A stretch of 64,000 nt of DNA, from contig PKYI01000159.1 of assembly GCA_003133645.1 (NCBI GenBank), positions 11,381-75,380 on the forward strand. The letters are read 5' to 3'. Below the pieces are notes generated by a model that saw nothing but the letters and a program-made list of their open reading frames with translations, was not told the origin of the DNA and searched no databases. The position numbers and the translations under genes are program-made. The DNA comes from Acidobacteriota bacterium. Lineage in GTDB: Bacteria > Acidobacteriota > Thermoanaerobaculia > Thermoanaerobaculales > Thermoanaerobaculaceae. Numbering within the stretch: position 1 is the stretch's first letter; each line of letters starts with the position of its first letter. Of the stretch, positions 44,201 to 54,092 are shown one piece after another.

Positions 44201-45561
44201 GCGAACGCACCTACGGCGTGGGCGAGCTGGTCCGCGAGGTCAACGCGGCCCTGCAGGGGTTCGGCGAGATATGGGTGCGCGGCGAGCTGTCGGGGGTCAA
44301 GGTGGCGAGTTCGGGCCACCGGTACTTTCAGATCAAGGACGCCGAGGGGCAGCTCTCGTGCGCGATGTGGGCGAAGCGGGCCGACCGGCTCCGGTTCGAG
44401 CTGGTGGACGGACAGGCGGTCCTGGTGCGGGGCCGCCTCGAGGTGTACGCCCAGCGCGGCTCGCTCTCGCTGATCGTCGAGGAGCTGCAGCCGGAGGGCG
44501 TCGGGGAGCTGCAGCTCGCCTTCGAGCAGCTCAAGGCCAAGCTGGAGGCGGAGGGGCTGTTCGCCGCCGAGCGCAAGCGCCCGCTCCCCAGCCTGCCGCA
44601 GCGGCTGGGCCTCGTGACCTCCCCGAGCGGCGCCGCGGTGCGCGACGTGCTCAAGGTGCTCTCGCGCTGGGAGCACCTCGCGGTGCTGCTCGCCCCGGTG
44701 CGGGTGCAGGGGAAAGGGGCCGAGGGGGAGATCGCCCGCGCCGTCGCCTACCTGGGGCGCTCGGGCCTGGTGGACGTCGTGCTCGTCGTGCGCGGCGGCG
44801 GCTCGCTCGAGGACCTGTGGGCGTTCAACGAGGAGGTCGTCGCGCGGGCGATCGCCGCGTGCGGCGTGCCGGTGGTCTCCGGCGTCGGGCACGAGGTCGA
44901 CTTCACGATCGCCGATTTCGTGGCGGACGTGCGCGCCGCCACGCCGACCCAGGCGGCGGAGATCGTGGTCGCCGCCCTGGAGGGGCAGCAGCGCCGCGTC
45001 GAGTCGGCTCAGGGCGAGATCGCGGCTGCCTTCACCCGCAAGCTGGAGCACGGGCGGCTGCGGCTGCGGGGGCTCGAGGGCGCCCGCGGCCTCGCGCGCC
45101 TCCCGTCGCGCCTGCGGGAGCTGGAGCAGAAGGTCCGGCGCCTCGAGGCGCTGCCCCAGCTCCTGCGGGCGCTGGTGGCGGCCCGGCACCGGCGGGCCGA
45201 CGGCGCCAGTTCCCGCCTCTACCACTGGCCGGTGCGGTTCGGGGCGCCGCGCCGGCGCGAGCTCGTGGCGGTCCGTCTCGCGGTCGCGGGGGAACGCCTG
45301 CGCTCGCTGCTCGCGCGGCGGACGCTGGAACTCGGGGCGAGGGAGCGGGCGCTGTCGGCGTTGTCGCCGCGCAACGTGCTGGAGCGGGGGTACTCGATCA
45401 CGGCTCGTGAGGGCGACCCCAGGCCGGTCAGGGACGCCGCCGCGGTGAACGCCGGCGAGCGGCTCGTGACGACGCTTGCGCGCGGACAGCTGCGCTCGCT
45501 CGTCGTGGGCCGCAGCAACGGGACGCAGGGGTCGTTGTTCGAGGAGGAGGAGACCCAATGA
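44197..45561 (+). CDS. xseA: Exodeoxyribonuclease VII large subunit
   Basis: GTG at 44197 overlaps the preceding stop (GTGA). VSERTYGVGELVREVNAALQGFGEIWVRGELSG...GHRYFQIKD (OB fold). SPSGAAVRDVL, VVRGGGSLEDLWAFNEE. Confidence 0.9.
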   Translation: MSERTYGVGELVREVNAALQGFGEIWVRGELSGVKVASSGHRYFQIKDAEGQLSCAMWAKRADRLRFELVDGQAVLVRGRLEVYAQRGSLSLIVEELQPEGVGELQLAFEQLKAKLEAEGLFAAERKRPLPSLPQRLGLVTSPSGAAVRDVLKVLSRWEHLAVLLAPVRVQGKGAEGEIARAVAYLGRSGLVDVVLVVRGGGSLEDLWAFNEEVVARAIAACGVPVVSGVGHEVDFTIADFVADVRAATPTQAAEIVVAALEGQQRRVESAQGEIAAAFTRKLEHGRLRLRGLEGARGLARLPSRLRELEQKVRRLEALPQLLRALVAARHRRADGASSRLYHWPVRFGAPRRRELVAVRLAVAGERLRSLLARRTLELGARERALSALSPRNVLERGYSITAREGDPRPVRDAAAVNAGERLVTTLARGQLRSLVVGRSNGTQGSLFEEEETQ

Positions 45562-45794
45562 CGAAGGAAACGTTCGAGCACGCACTGGCCGAGCTCGAGG
45601 AGGTCGTCGCGAAGCTCGAGGACGAGAGCGTCGGCCTGGAGGAGGCGCTCAAGCTGTTCGAGCGCGGCGTCAGGCTCGCCAAGCGTTGCCGCACGCAGCT
45701 CGAGGGGGTCGAACGCCGGGTCGAGCAGTTGCTCGCGGAGGGCGACGAGGGCGAGGACCCCCGGACCGCCCCGTTCGCCTCCGAGGAGGGGTGA
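45558..45794 (+). CDS. xseB: Exodeoxyribonuclease VII small subunit
   Basis: ATGA overlap with xseA. FEHALAELEEVVAKLEDESVGLEEALKLFERGVRLAKRC. Confidence 0.9.
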   Translation: MTKETFEHALAELEEVVAKLEDESVGLEEALKLFERGVRLAKRCRTQLEGVERRVEQLLAEGDEGEDPRTAPFASEEG

Positions 45795-46684
45795 GCGTGG
45801 AACTCGCGGCGCTGCTCGCCCGCGAGCGCGCTCGCATCGAGGCGGCGCTCGACCGGCTGCTCCCGGCGGCCGGCGCCTGGCCCGCGCGCCTGCACGAGGC
45901 GATGCGCTACGCCGTCTTCGGCGGCGGCAAGCGCGTCCGGCCGGTCCTGGCGCGCGCGGCGTGCCGCGCCGCGGGCGGAGACCCGGAAGTTGCGCTCGAG
46001 GCGGCGTGCGCGCTCGAGATGGTCCACACCTACTCGCTGATCCACGACGACCTACCGGCGCTCGACGACGACACCCTGCGGCGCGGCCGCGCCACGGTGC
46101 ACGTCGCGTTCGACGAGGCGCTCGCCCTGCTGGCCGGCGATGCGCTGCTCACCGAGGCGTTCGCGGTCCTGGGCCGGTTCCCCGAGGGGGAGGGTTTCGC
46201 GGGGCGCCGCGCGGAGGCGTGCCGGATGGTGGCTGAGGCGATCGGTTCGCGCGGCATGGTGGGCGGGCAGGTCGAGGACCTGGAAGCGACCGGCGCGGCG
46301 CCGGACGGCGCCAGGCTCGAGCGCATCCACGGCGCCAAGACCGGCGCCCTCATCGGCGCTGCGGTGGAGCTGGGCGCGCTGCTGGCCGGCGCGGACGACG
46401 CTCGCCGGCAGGCGTTCGCCCGCTTCGGGCGGCGCCTGGGTCTCCTGTTCCAGATCGCGGATGATATCCTCGACGTCACCGGAACGGCAGCCAGCCTGGG
46501 CAAGAGCCCGGGGAAGGATGCCGCCGCCGGGAAGCTCACGTACCCCGCGGTCTGGGGGCTGGAAGCCGCTCGGAAAGAACTCGACGCGTTGGCGGGTTCA
46601 CTCCTCCGAGAGGCGGAAGAGCTGGAAGGGGGAGCGGGGACGTTGGGCGCGCTCGTGAACTACGTGGCGCGGCGCGACCGCTAG
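45791..46684 (+). CDS. ispA: (2E,6E)-farnesyl/geranylgeranyl diphosphate synthase (polyprenyl synthetase family)
   Basis: GTG overlaps the xseB stop (an alternative GTG lies at 45797). First DDxxD motif LIHDDLPALDDD; second FQIADDILD. Confidence 0.85.
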   Translation: MSVELAALLARERARIEAALDRLLPAAGAWPARLHEAMRYAVFGGGKRVRPVLARAACRAAGGDPEVALEAACALEMVHTYSLIHDDLPALDDDTLRRGRATVHVAFDEALALLAGDALLTEAFAVLGRFPEGEGFAGRRAEACRMVAEAIGSRGMVGGQVEDLEATGAAPDGARLERIHGAKTGALIGAAVELGALLAGADDARRQAFARFGRRLGLLFQIADDILDVTGTAASLGKSPGKDAAAGKLTYPAVWGLEAARKELDALAGSLLREAEELEGGAGTLGALVNYVARRDR

Positions 46685-46690
46685 GGGGCC

Positions 46691-48610
46691 ATGGGACTGC
46701 TGGAGAAGATCGCGAGCCCGGCGGATCTGCGCCGGATCCCGGAGGAGGCGCTGCCGGACCTCGCGGAGGAGCTGCGCGCGTTCCTGATCTCCTCGGTGTC
46801 GCAGACCGGCGGCCACCTGGCCTCGGGTCTGGGTGCGCTGGAACTGACGCTGGCGCTGCACTACGTCCTCGACACGCCGCGCGACCTGCTGGTGTGGGAC
46901 GTCGGGCACCAGTGCTACCCGCACAAGGTGATCACCGGGCGCCGCGAGCGCTTCGCGACGTTGCGGACGTACGGCGGCATCTCCGGCTTCCTCAAGCGCG
47001 AGGAGAGCGAGTACGACGCGTTCAACGCCGGCCACGCCTCGACCTCGATCTCGGCGGCGCTCGGGATGGCCGTGGCGCGCGACCTCAAGGGCGAGGACTA
47101 CCGCGTCGTCGCGATCATCGGCGACGGCGGCCTCACCGGCGGGATGGCGATGGAGGGGCTCAATCAGGCCGGCTACCTCAGCCGCAGGCTCATGATCATC
47201 CTCAACGACAACGAGATGTCGATCTCGCCCAACGTCGGCGCCTGGCAGGGCTACCTGAACCGCATCATCCACGGCCAGGCGTACCGGCGGCTGAAGGACG
47301 ACGTGGAACGGTTCCTCCGCCTGATCCCGCGGGTGGGGGAGGGGATGCTCAAACTCGCCAAGCAGGCCGAACAGATGGCCAAGCAGCTCGTCGTGCCGGG
47401 CCTGCTGTTCGAGGAGTTGGGGTTCAAGTACGTCGGGCCGATCAACGGCCACTCGATGCCGCAGCTGCTCGCGACGCTGCGCGAGTACCGCGACCACCCG
47501 CACCCGGTGCTCCTGCACGTCGCCACGCGCAAGGGCAAGGGATACGAGCCGGCGGAGGCCGATCCGGTGTTCTGGCACGGCGCGACGCCGTTCTCGGTCG
47601 CCACCGGCGAGGTGGCGAAGAAGAAGCCCGGTCCGCCCTCGTACACCAAGGTGTTCGCCGAGACCCTCACCCAGCTCGCGACCGCCGACCCGCGCATCGT
47701 CGCGATCACGGCGGCGATGTCGGAGGGGACCGGACTGGACGTCTTTGCGAAGGCGATCCCGGACCGCTTCTTCGACGTCGGAATTTGCGAGCAGCACGCG
47801 GTAACGTTCGCCGCCGGCCTCGCAACCCGCGGTCTCCTGCCGGTGGTCGCGATCTACTCGACGTTCCTGCAGCGCGCCTACGACCAGATCTTCCACGACG
47901 TCTGCCTGATGCACCTCCCGGTGGTGTTCGTGCTCGACCGCGGCGGCCTCGTCGGCGCCGATGGCCCCACCCACCACGGGGTGTTCGACCTCTCCTACCT
48001 GCGGATTTTCCCCGAGATGGTGGTGATGGCGCCGAAGGACGAGGGCGAGCTTCGGCACATGCTCGCCACCGCCCTCGCCGCAGGCCGCCCGGTCGCGTTG
48101 CGCTACCCGCGCGGCAACGGTTACGGGGTCGCAATGGACGCCCCGCCGCGCGCGCTGCCGGTCGGCAAGGCGGAGGTCCTGCGCCACGGGCGCGACGGGC
48201 TCGTCTGGGCGATCGGGACGATGGCGAGCGAGGCGTTGCGGGCCGCCGAGCGCCTGGCCGCCGAGGCCGGCCCCGATCTCACGATTGTCAACGCCCGGTA
48301 CGTCAAGCCCCTCGACGTCGAACTGCTCGCCGCACAGCTCCACCCGGGGGTGCGCCTGATGACCGTGGAGGAAAACGCGCTCGCGGGCGGCTTCGGCTCC
48401 GCGGTCGAGGAGGCCGTCGCCGCCCTCAAGGTGTCGGACGTGACGATCGAGCGCCTCGGCGTGCCGGACGAGTTCCAGCCGCAAGGCAGCCAGGAGATTC
48501 TGCGCGCCCGGCTCGACCTCGACGTCGAGGGGATCGTGCGGCGCGCGCGGGCGTTCTTCCCCAAAGTGGCGGCCGGGCCCAAACGGCTGAGCCGGCCCGT
48601 CTCGGCGTGA
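46691..48610 (+). CDS. dxs: 1-deoxy-D-xylulose-5-phosphate synthase
   Basis: GGHLASGLGALELTLALHYV, IGDGGLTGGMAMEGLN, ICEQHAVTFAAGLA. 639 aa. Canonical xseB-ispA-dxs order. Confidence 0.95.
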   Translation: MGLLEKIASPADLRRIPEEALPDLAEELRAFLISSVSQTGGHLASGLGALELTLALHYVLDTPRDLLVWDVGHQCYPHKVITGRRERFATLRTYGGISGFLKREESEYDAFNAGHASTSISAALGMAVARDLKGEDYRVVAIIGDGGLTGGMAMEGLNQAGYLSRRLMIILNDNEMSISPNVGAWQGYLNRIIHGQAYRRLKDDVERFLRLIPRVGEGMLKLAKQAEQMAKQLVVPGLLFEELGFKYVGPINGHSMPQLLATLREYRDHPHPVLLHVATRKGKGYEPAEADPVFWHGATPFSVATGEVAKKKPGPPSYTKVFAETLTQLATADPRIVAITAAMSEGTGLDVFAKAIPDRFFDVGICEQHAVTFAAGLATRGLLPVVAIYSTFLQRAYDQIFHDVCLMHLPVVFVLDRGGLVGADGPTHHGVFDLSYLRIFPEMVVMAPKDEGELRHMLATALAAGRPVALRYPRGNGYGVAMDAPPRALPVGKAEVLRHGRDGLVWAIGTMASEALRAAERLAAEAGPDLTIVNARYVKPLDVELLAAQLHPGVRLMTVEENALAGGFGSAVEEAVAALKVSDVTIERLGVPDEFQPQGSQEILRARLDLDVEGIVRRARAFFPKVAAGPKRLSRPVSA

Positions 48611-48728
48611 GCCCGGCCGGCGGTCTTGCCGCCGCCGGGCGCATGGGTCAAGATGCCTGCGTGACGGCGCAAACGCAGCGGCTGACCGCCGGGCGGCTCT
48701 CGCTGGCGGCGACCTTGGGGGGCGCTCG

Positions 48729-49496
48729 GTGATCCACGGTAAGAGGCTGCTGGTGGTCATGCCTGCCTACAACGCCGAGAGGACTCTGGAGCGGACCTGG
48801 TCCGAGATCCCCCGGGACGTGGTCGACGAGGTCATCCTGGTGGACGACGCCAGCCAGGACGGCACGGTTCAGGTGAGTCACAGTCTGGGTCTGCCGACTC
48901 TTGTCCACGAGAAGAACCTGGGGTACGGCGGCAACCAGAAGACCTGCTACGCGGCCGCGCTCGCCCGCAACGCCGACATCGTCGTGATGATTCACCCCGA
49001 CTACCAGTACGAACCGCGGCTGGTTCCGGCGATGGCCTCCCTCATCGCGCTCGGGGTGTACGACGTGGTGCTCGGGAGCCGCATCATCGGCAAGGGCGCA
49101 CGGCGGGGCGGGATGCCGCGCTACAAGTACGCCGCGAACCGCGTCCTGACCCTGGTCCAGAACCTGCTGCTGGGCGAGAAGCTCACCGAGTACCACACCG
49201 GGTGCCGAGCGTTCTCGCGCCGGGTCCTCGAAACGCTGCCCCTCGCGGCCAACTCGGACGACTTCGTGTTCGACAACCAAATGCTGGCGCAAACCCTCTT
49301 CTTCCGCTTCCGCGTCGGCGAGGTCTCGTGCCCGACCCGCTATCTCCCCGACTCGTCGTCGATCAATCTCGCGCGCTCCACCAGGTACGGGTTCGGCGTC
49401 CTCTGGACCAGCCTGCAATACCGCGCCGCCCGCCTCCGCCTCGCGCACCCGCGTATCTTCAACGGGTCCGGCCCGAGGGGTTCCGAGGTCTGTTGA
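48729..49496 (+). CDS. GT2 glycosyltransferase (polyprenyl-phosphate sugar synthase-like, soluble GT-A)
   Basis: LLVVMPAYNAERTLERT...VILVDDASQDGT...MIHPDYQYEP. Confidence 0.85.
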   Translation: MIHGKRLLVVMPAYNAERTLERTWSEIPRDVVDEVILVDDASQDGTVQVSHSLGLPTLVHEKNLGYGGNQKTCYAAALARNADIVVMIHPDYQYEPRLVPAMASLIALGVYDVVLGSRIIGKGARRGGMPRYKYAANRVLTLVQNLLLGEKLTEYHTGCRAFSRRVLETLPLAANSDDFVFDNQMLAQTLFFRFRVGEVSCPTRYLPDSSSINLARSTRYGFGVLWTSLQYRAARLRLAHPRIFNGSGPRGSEVC

Positions 49497-49656
49497 AAGC
49501 TCCTCCGATCGGGAGGGCGCTCCCGGCAAGACGCACACCCTTGGGGGGCTTCGAGGGCGCCGGTCGCTCCGCTTCGATGGCCGGCCCTGTCTCCGCGGTC
49601 ATTCTGACGCTGGTGTTGCACACCAGTCCGGATCAGTCTTTCAGCGCTATAGCCGG

Positions 49657-51741
49657 TCATCGAGGGCCGGGGATGGCCGGAGTTAACTGCCGAGCGTTCG
49701 GGTTCGCGGAAAGGAGTTGGGCGTGCGCGACGGTGTAAGTCGTAAACTCAGGACTATTGTTGGTCGATCGCTGAACCGCCTCAATTCCACCCGGGTAGAC
49801 GCGCTTGACGGCGGCGAGGCGGGGATCCTTCGGGTCGCGAAAGACGAACGCCACGCCCTTCCTGGCGGGGATAGTAGGCAGCGGCAGGGCCAGCGGATGG
49901 TCTTGAACATCCACTGCGTCCAGGTTTGGGGTCAGGAAATGGATGGTGTCGTAGTTGAGCGAGGTGTCGGCGTCGGCGAGTAGGTAGATCTGATAGCGGT
50001 CGTTGATCGCTGCGGTGTAGCGTGCCAGCACCGTGAAGAACTGCGGTGCCATCGCCCGGTTGTGGACCACGAAGTAACCGACCACGTTTGCGTAACCGCT
50101 CAGCAAGACGAGACACATCGCGATGACAGTCGCGACACCCCCTCCGCGGGCGCCGAACCACGCGACCAGTGCGCGCCAGCCGACGTTGAGTGCGAGGGCC
50201 GGAAGGAGTGCAAATACCCCGAGCGCCGCGACAACGCGCGGCGAAAAGAGCGCGTCCACGGTCATGACCGAGCCCAAAACCAGGGTAAGCCAGAACCAAA
50301 CCCCGATGAGAAAATAGGAGGGTTGTCGCCACCACCAGCCGACTACGGCGACCCCGAGGACGAAGAGAGTGCTGCTCCAGAAGTCGAGGAGGGGCGCGCG
50401 CTGAGAGTACTGGTCGCTTGTCTCCCCCTTAAGGTTGAAGGCCGCAACCGTGTTTTCGGCCTGCCGAACAAGAACCTCGCGAACGGTGTGCACGCTGTAG
50501 GCGCCGTATTCGTGGCGCATGTTATCCGTCTGAAAGAGGAATACCTGAGAAGTGCGATCGAAGACTTGCTCTAAGCCATGTGAATAGACGATACCTTGCG
50601 GCGCGACGAAGATCAAAACGCCAACGAACGTCAACAAGAGCCCCCGCCATTGTGCTCGGAGGAAGTTGCGTTCGATCAGCGCTCGATACAGGCAATAGAG
50701 CACCGCGACGGCGATGGTCAGGCGAGCGGCGAGGTAGACCGAGAGGGTCAGGCCGCCGGCAAAGCCGGCGAGCAGAAAGAGCAGCGGTTGGCGGTGGTGG
50801 ATGGCCTCGAGCAGGAGATAGAGAAAGAGCAGGCTCGCAAAGAGCGCGCCGATGTAGATATTGCCGATTCGACTGTAATGGATCGCCATCTGAGCGCAGG
50901 CAAGAAAGGCGGTCGCGAGCAGCGCGACCCGGCGGGTAAAGAGGCGGCGGGCGACGCCATAGAGCAGGGCAATCGCCAGGCTACCCTGGATGACCGAGGC
51001 CAGACGCAGGCCGTAAAGGTCGTCTGCAAAGTATTTCAGGGCGAGCGCATTCCCGGCGAAGCCGATCTCCGGCAGGCTGTACCACCCCAGGCCAAACAGG
51101 TTGCTCCAGGCGTTCGCCAGCAGGTCGCGGGCGGCAAGCCCCACCGCGGCCTCATCGCCATGCACCTCCTGGGGGATTTGCGCCAGATTGACGTAACGAA
51201 GAGCGAACCCCACCGCGAGGCAGGCAAGGACGGCGCCAAGCTCAAGCCAAATTGAGCGAGAACGAGGCAGGTGGAGGGGAAAGCCGAAGGCAAGCCCAGT
51301 GCCAACGGCTGTCAGAAGCAGCGCGCCAAACCAGAGTGCAATGCCGGCGCTGGTCCGCTGACCGGCGACCGCGCTCACTGCAAGCGCCAGGGCGACCAGA
51401 CCGGCCGGCCAGAGAGCGACCCCGACGGTTCGGCGCAGCCTGCCGGGAACCCATTCCACCTCGGTGGGGATGCGGACTGGGTCGGCCGCGGGCGTGAGGC
51501 GACTGACGCCCCGCGCGGCGACCAGGATGCAGAAGATCGCAGCGGCGTACAGCACGGCGCCGAGCGCGACATTGCCGTGGGTGCCCCAGGGCGGGGTGAG
51601 CGCGGCTTGTCCGGCGAGCGCCAGAACGAGCGCAAGCCCCGACGCGACGGCGGCTCGTCTTCTCCTGTCCGGGCTGGTCGGATCTGCGTCGGACCGGGCA
51701 ACCGTCTGCGGACGCAAAGAGGAGTTCGCGTGATCGTTCAT
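49657..51741 (-). CDS. GT-C fold membrane glycosyltransferase, family 39 (ArnT/PMT)-like
   Basis: More than 12 TM helices. First-loop acidic motif QEVHGDEAAVGLAARDLL, then YGLRLASVIQGSLAIALLYGVARRLF. Soluble C-terminal ~110 aa. The start is ATG 51741 (alternatives 51768/51771). Confidence 0.6.
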   Translation of the reverse strand: MNDHANSSLRPQTVARSDADPTSPDRRRRAAVASGLALVLALAGQAALTPPWGTHGNVALGAVLYAAAIFCILVAARGVSRLTPAADPVRIPTEVEWVPGRLRRTVGVALWPAGLVALALAVSAVAGQRTSAGIALWFGALLLTAVGTGLAFGFPLHLPRSRSIWLELGAVLACLAVGFALRYVNLAQIPQEVHGDEAAVGLAARDLLANAWSNLFGLGWYSLPEIGFAGNALALKYFADDLYGLRLASVIQGSLAIALLYGVARRLFTRRVALLATAFLACAQMAIHYSRIGNIYIGALFASLLFLYLLLEAIHHRQPLLFLLAGFAGGLTLSVYLAARLTIAVAVLYCLYRALIERNFLRAQWRGLLLTFVGVLIFVAPQGIVYSHGLEQVFDRTSQVFLFQTDNMRHEYGAYSVHTVREVLVRQAENTVAAFNLKGETSDQYSQRAPLLDFWSSTLFVLGVAVVGWWWRQPSYFLIGVWFWLTLVLGSVMTVDALFSPRVVAALGVFALLPALALNVGWRALVAWFGARGGGVATVIAMCLVLLSGYANVVGYFVVHNRAMAPQFFTVLARYTAAINDRYQIYLLADADTSLNYDTIHFLTPNLDAVDVQDHPLALPLPTIPARKGVAFVFRDPKDPRLAAVKRVYPGGIEAVQRSTNNSPEFTTYTVAHAQLLSANPNARQLTPAIPGPR

Positions 51742-51902
51742 GGGGTTCTCGAGCACCCGAGTCGACATCATTGTTGCATAGAAGGCAACTGGACGGTGGA
51801 GTCGGCGGTCACTGGCCAGCAAAGCGTCGCGGCAGTCGGGACGACGGCACAAAGGTGGTCCCGAGGGTTCCGGCGTGCCGGCGCCCCACATTCGGGCGCG
51901 CA

Positions 51903-52095
51903 GCGCAGGCTCTCTTCTTCGGTTTCCGCGTCGGCTTGGTCTCGTGCCCCACCCGCCACCTCCCCGACTCGTCGTCGATCAACCTCGCGCGCTCCACCAG
52001 GTACGGGTTCGGCGTCCCCTGGACCAGCCTGCAGTACCGCGCCGCCTGCTGGCGCCAAAGGCACCCTCGCTTCCTCGACCCTGCGAGCCCGGGGC
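51903..52095 (+). pseudogene. Orphan duplicated 3' fragment of the GT2 gene
   Basis: AQALFFGFRVGLVSCPTRHLPDSSSINLARSTRYGFGVPWTSLQYRAA versus GT2 residues 187-234 (nt 49287-49430): 43 of 48 residues identical. Weaker similarity continues (HPRFLDPASPG versus HPRIFNGSGPRG). No N-terminal catalytic part is present. Confidence 0.8.
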
Positions 52096-52232
52096 TTGCC
52101 GCAAAAATGGATCCGCGAAGCCTCCCCCAAGGGTGCCCAGATGAGGGTCGACCGGCCGAGTTCATCTCCCTGCTAACGGCCGTGACATCTGCGAGCTCGC
52201 CGGCCGCCCCGCAGCAGCCTCGAAAATGGGTT

Positions 52233-54086
52233 CTATCTGCCGCGACGACCGGGTAGCTCGACGGTGGCCACCGAGCAGTTGTGGGCGGCGTTCTGATGGA
52301 GCCGTATTGCAGCGGCGACACCTGCCGCGTCCGCTATCTTCTCCAGGGGTTGCAGCTCATCCTCCCGGAGGCTGCGGTTGCGAACGCCCACTGCCAAGAG
52401 TGCCCCGGGCGGGATGACTTCCCGCTGTGGCCATTGCCCATAGCCGCGGATCGTCACATTCTTCCCTGCGTAGAGCCACATTGCGTCGTTCTCAGTCTGC
52501 CAACCCTCGCCGGCGCCCGGCGTAACCAGGACGACCGTTTGGCCGGGGTGAGCGTCCTGGCCGATCCAGTAGGCGGTCGCGTAGTCGTCGTTACAGTACT
52601 CGAGCAGCACCGGAATGTTCGTCGCCATCCTCCTGGTTGCGGCGACGTTAAGAGCGATGATCGTCAACGCCAGGCCCGCGAAGACAGCCTTTGGCGGGTC
52701 AAAGGGAATTGCATTGAATCTCACACCGCGCGGACGCCAAGATTGGCGCGCCGGCCGGCCTGATCGGACGCTGTCCGCGTTGAAATGGCCTCCGGACTTT
52801 GCCCTGGCCCACGCAGCTGTGAGCAGCCGCCGACCGTCATGTAGAGAAACCCCCAGCATCACCATTACGAGAGGCAGAAGTGGAGTCATCCTCCCGATCG
52901 TCGCATTGTTCGCGCTGAGGCTTGCGGTCACGATCGTCAACACCGCGGTGGCCACCAGCGCGCGAACAATCGGTCGTCGCCGATTGATCGCCGCCCCAGC
53001 GGCACTCCCGATCACGAGAAGCCCTATAAGAGGGGGGACTACGGGTTCTCCATTCGGGGTGAGGAGTGGGCCCGCCGAGGCGAGTCCGCCTCCAAGTGCC
53101 ATCGAATATTGTTTGACGTGGTCCAATGTCTTGGGCGAGAACACTTCCCGTCGCTCGCCTCCGTGGCGTCGAAACCCATCGAGAAAGACGGTACTGTTGG
53201 GGTGGTGAACGACGTCAACGAGCATCGGAGCCGATGTCGCTGCGAAGGCAAGCAAGAACGCAACGAGAGCGTGTGCCCGGGTGCGGCGGCGGCCCGATGG
53301 TGCCTGCAGTGTCCGCCACAAGAACCAGGCTCCGGAGAGAAGGATCATGACGCGGTACGAGGTGTACTCGAACATCAGCATCCCTGCAAAAACTCCGGTC
53401 ATCGCCGCCCATCGGACGATCTGATCGGTCCGCCGCTCGGAACGCGCGAGACACCAGACAATGGCTCCGGCTATCCAAAGGCTGGCGAAGAGCTCATCGG
53501 CTACGGTGGCGATCACCATCCATCGCAGCGTGGCGGCCGTAAGGCACGTCACGATCGTGGCGGGCCAGCACACACCGAGATCGCGAAGCGTGAAGACAAG
53601 TATCGCGAGCGCGACCATTCCCAGGGCGACAAACGGTGCTCGCATGGCAGCGATGGTCTCACCGCCAACGAGGAAGCCAAGCGCGGCGAAGAGGTTGGTA
53701 AAGCGGAATTCGAGCGGCAGCCAACCGGTGGCGACCATCTGGTGGGCAATGACCCCGGTTTGTAGTTCCTCAAACCCCGTCTGCGTAGGGGGAGGGAGGA
53801 ATCTGAGAAGATAAAACCTCAGCAATACCGCGGCGCACAACAGAGTGACGATGGCAATCGTCTCGGTGCGGCGCTGCGGGGCAGCAAACCGCGGGCACCT
53901 TCGTGACGCGGTCCAGATCAAGGCGGCGGCCAGGCAAACCGCTTGGACGGTGGCTGCGCGATTACCGGCCCCCTCCCAACGGTCCGCCAGCGCGATCGCG
54001 ATCACAATGAGCAGTAGCGGGAGAATTGTCGGGAGGAGCTTGACGGCGGCTCGGTAGTTTACTTGTCGACCAGTGAGCATCGTCAT
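52233..54086 (-). CDS. Polytopic membrane protein, GT-C-like (putative glycosyltransferase)
   Basis: 617 aa with more than 12 hydrophobic helices. Loop motif TQTGFEELQTGVIAHQM. Soluble C-terminal ~150 aa. Architecture parallels the neighbouring GT39-like genes. Family not verified. Confidence 0.5.
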   Translation of the reverse strand: MTMLTGRQVNYRAAVKLLPTILPLLLIVIAIALADRWEGAGNRAATVQAVCLAAALIWTASRRCPRFAAPQRRTETIAIVTLLCAAVLLRFYLLRFLPPPTQTGFEELQTGVIAHQMVATGWLPLEFRFTNLFAALGFLVGGETIAAMRAPFVALGMVALAILVFTLRDLGVCWPATIVTCLTAATLRWMVIATVADELFASLWIAGAIVWCLARSERRTDQIVRWAAMTGVFAGMLMFEYTSYRVMILLSGAWFLWRTLQAPSGRRRTRAHALVAFLLAFAATSAPMLVDVVHHPNSTVFLDGFRRHGGERREVFSPKTLDHVKQYSMALGGGLASAGPLLTPNGEPVVPPLIGLLVIGSAAGAAINRRRPIVRALVATAVLTIVTASLSANNATIGRMTPLLPLVMVMLGVSLHDGRRLLTAAWARAKSGGHFNADSVRSGRPARQSWRPRGVRFNAIPFDPPKAVFAGLALTIIALNVAATRRMATNIPVLLEYCNDDYATAYWIGQDAHPGQTVVLVTPGAGEGWQTENDAMWLYAGKNVTIRGYGQWPQREVIPPGALLAVGVRNRSLREDELQPLEKIADAAGVAAAIRLHQNAAHNCSVATVELPGRRGR

Positions 54087-54092
54087 GGACCT

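Noticed and set aside
48611-48728. GC-rich imperfect hairpin after dxs (CCCGGCCGGCGG..CCGCCGCCGGG) as a terminator
   Set aside because: The stem is imperfect and no T-run follows. Left unannotated.
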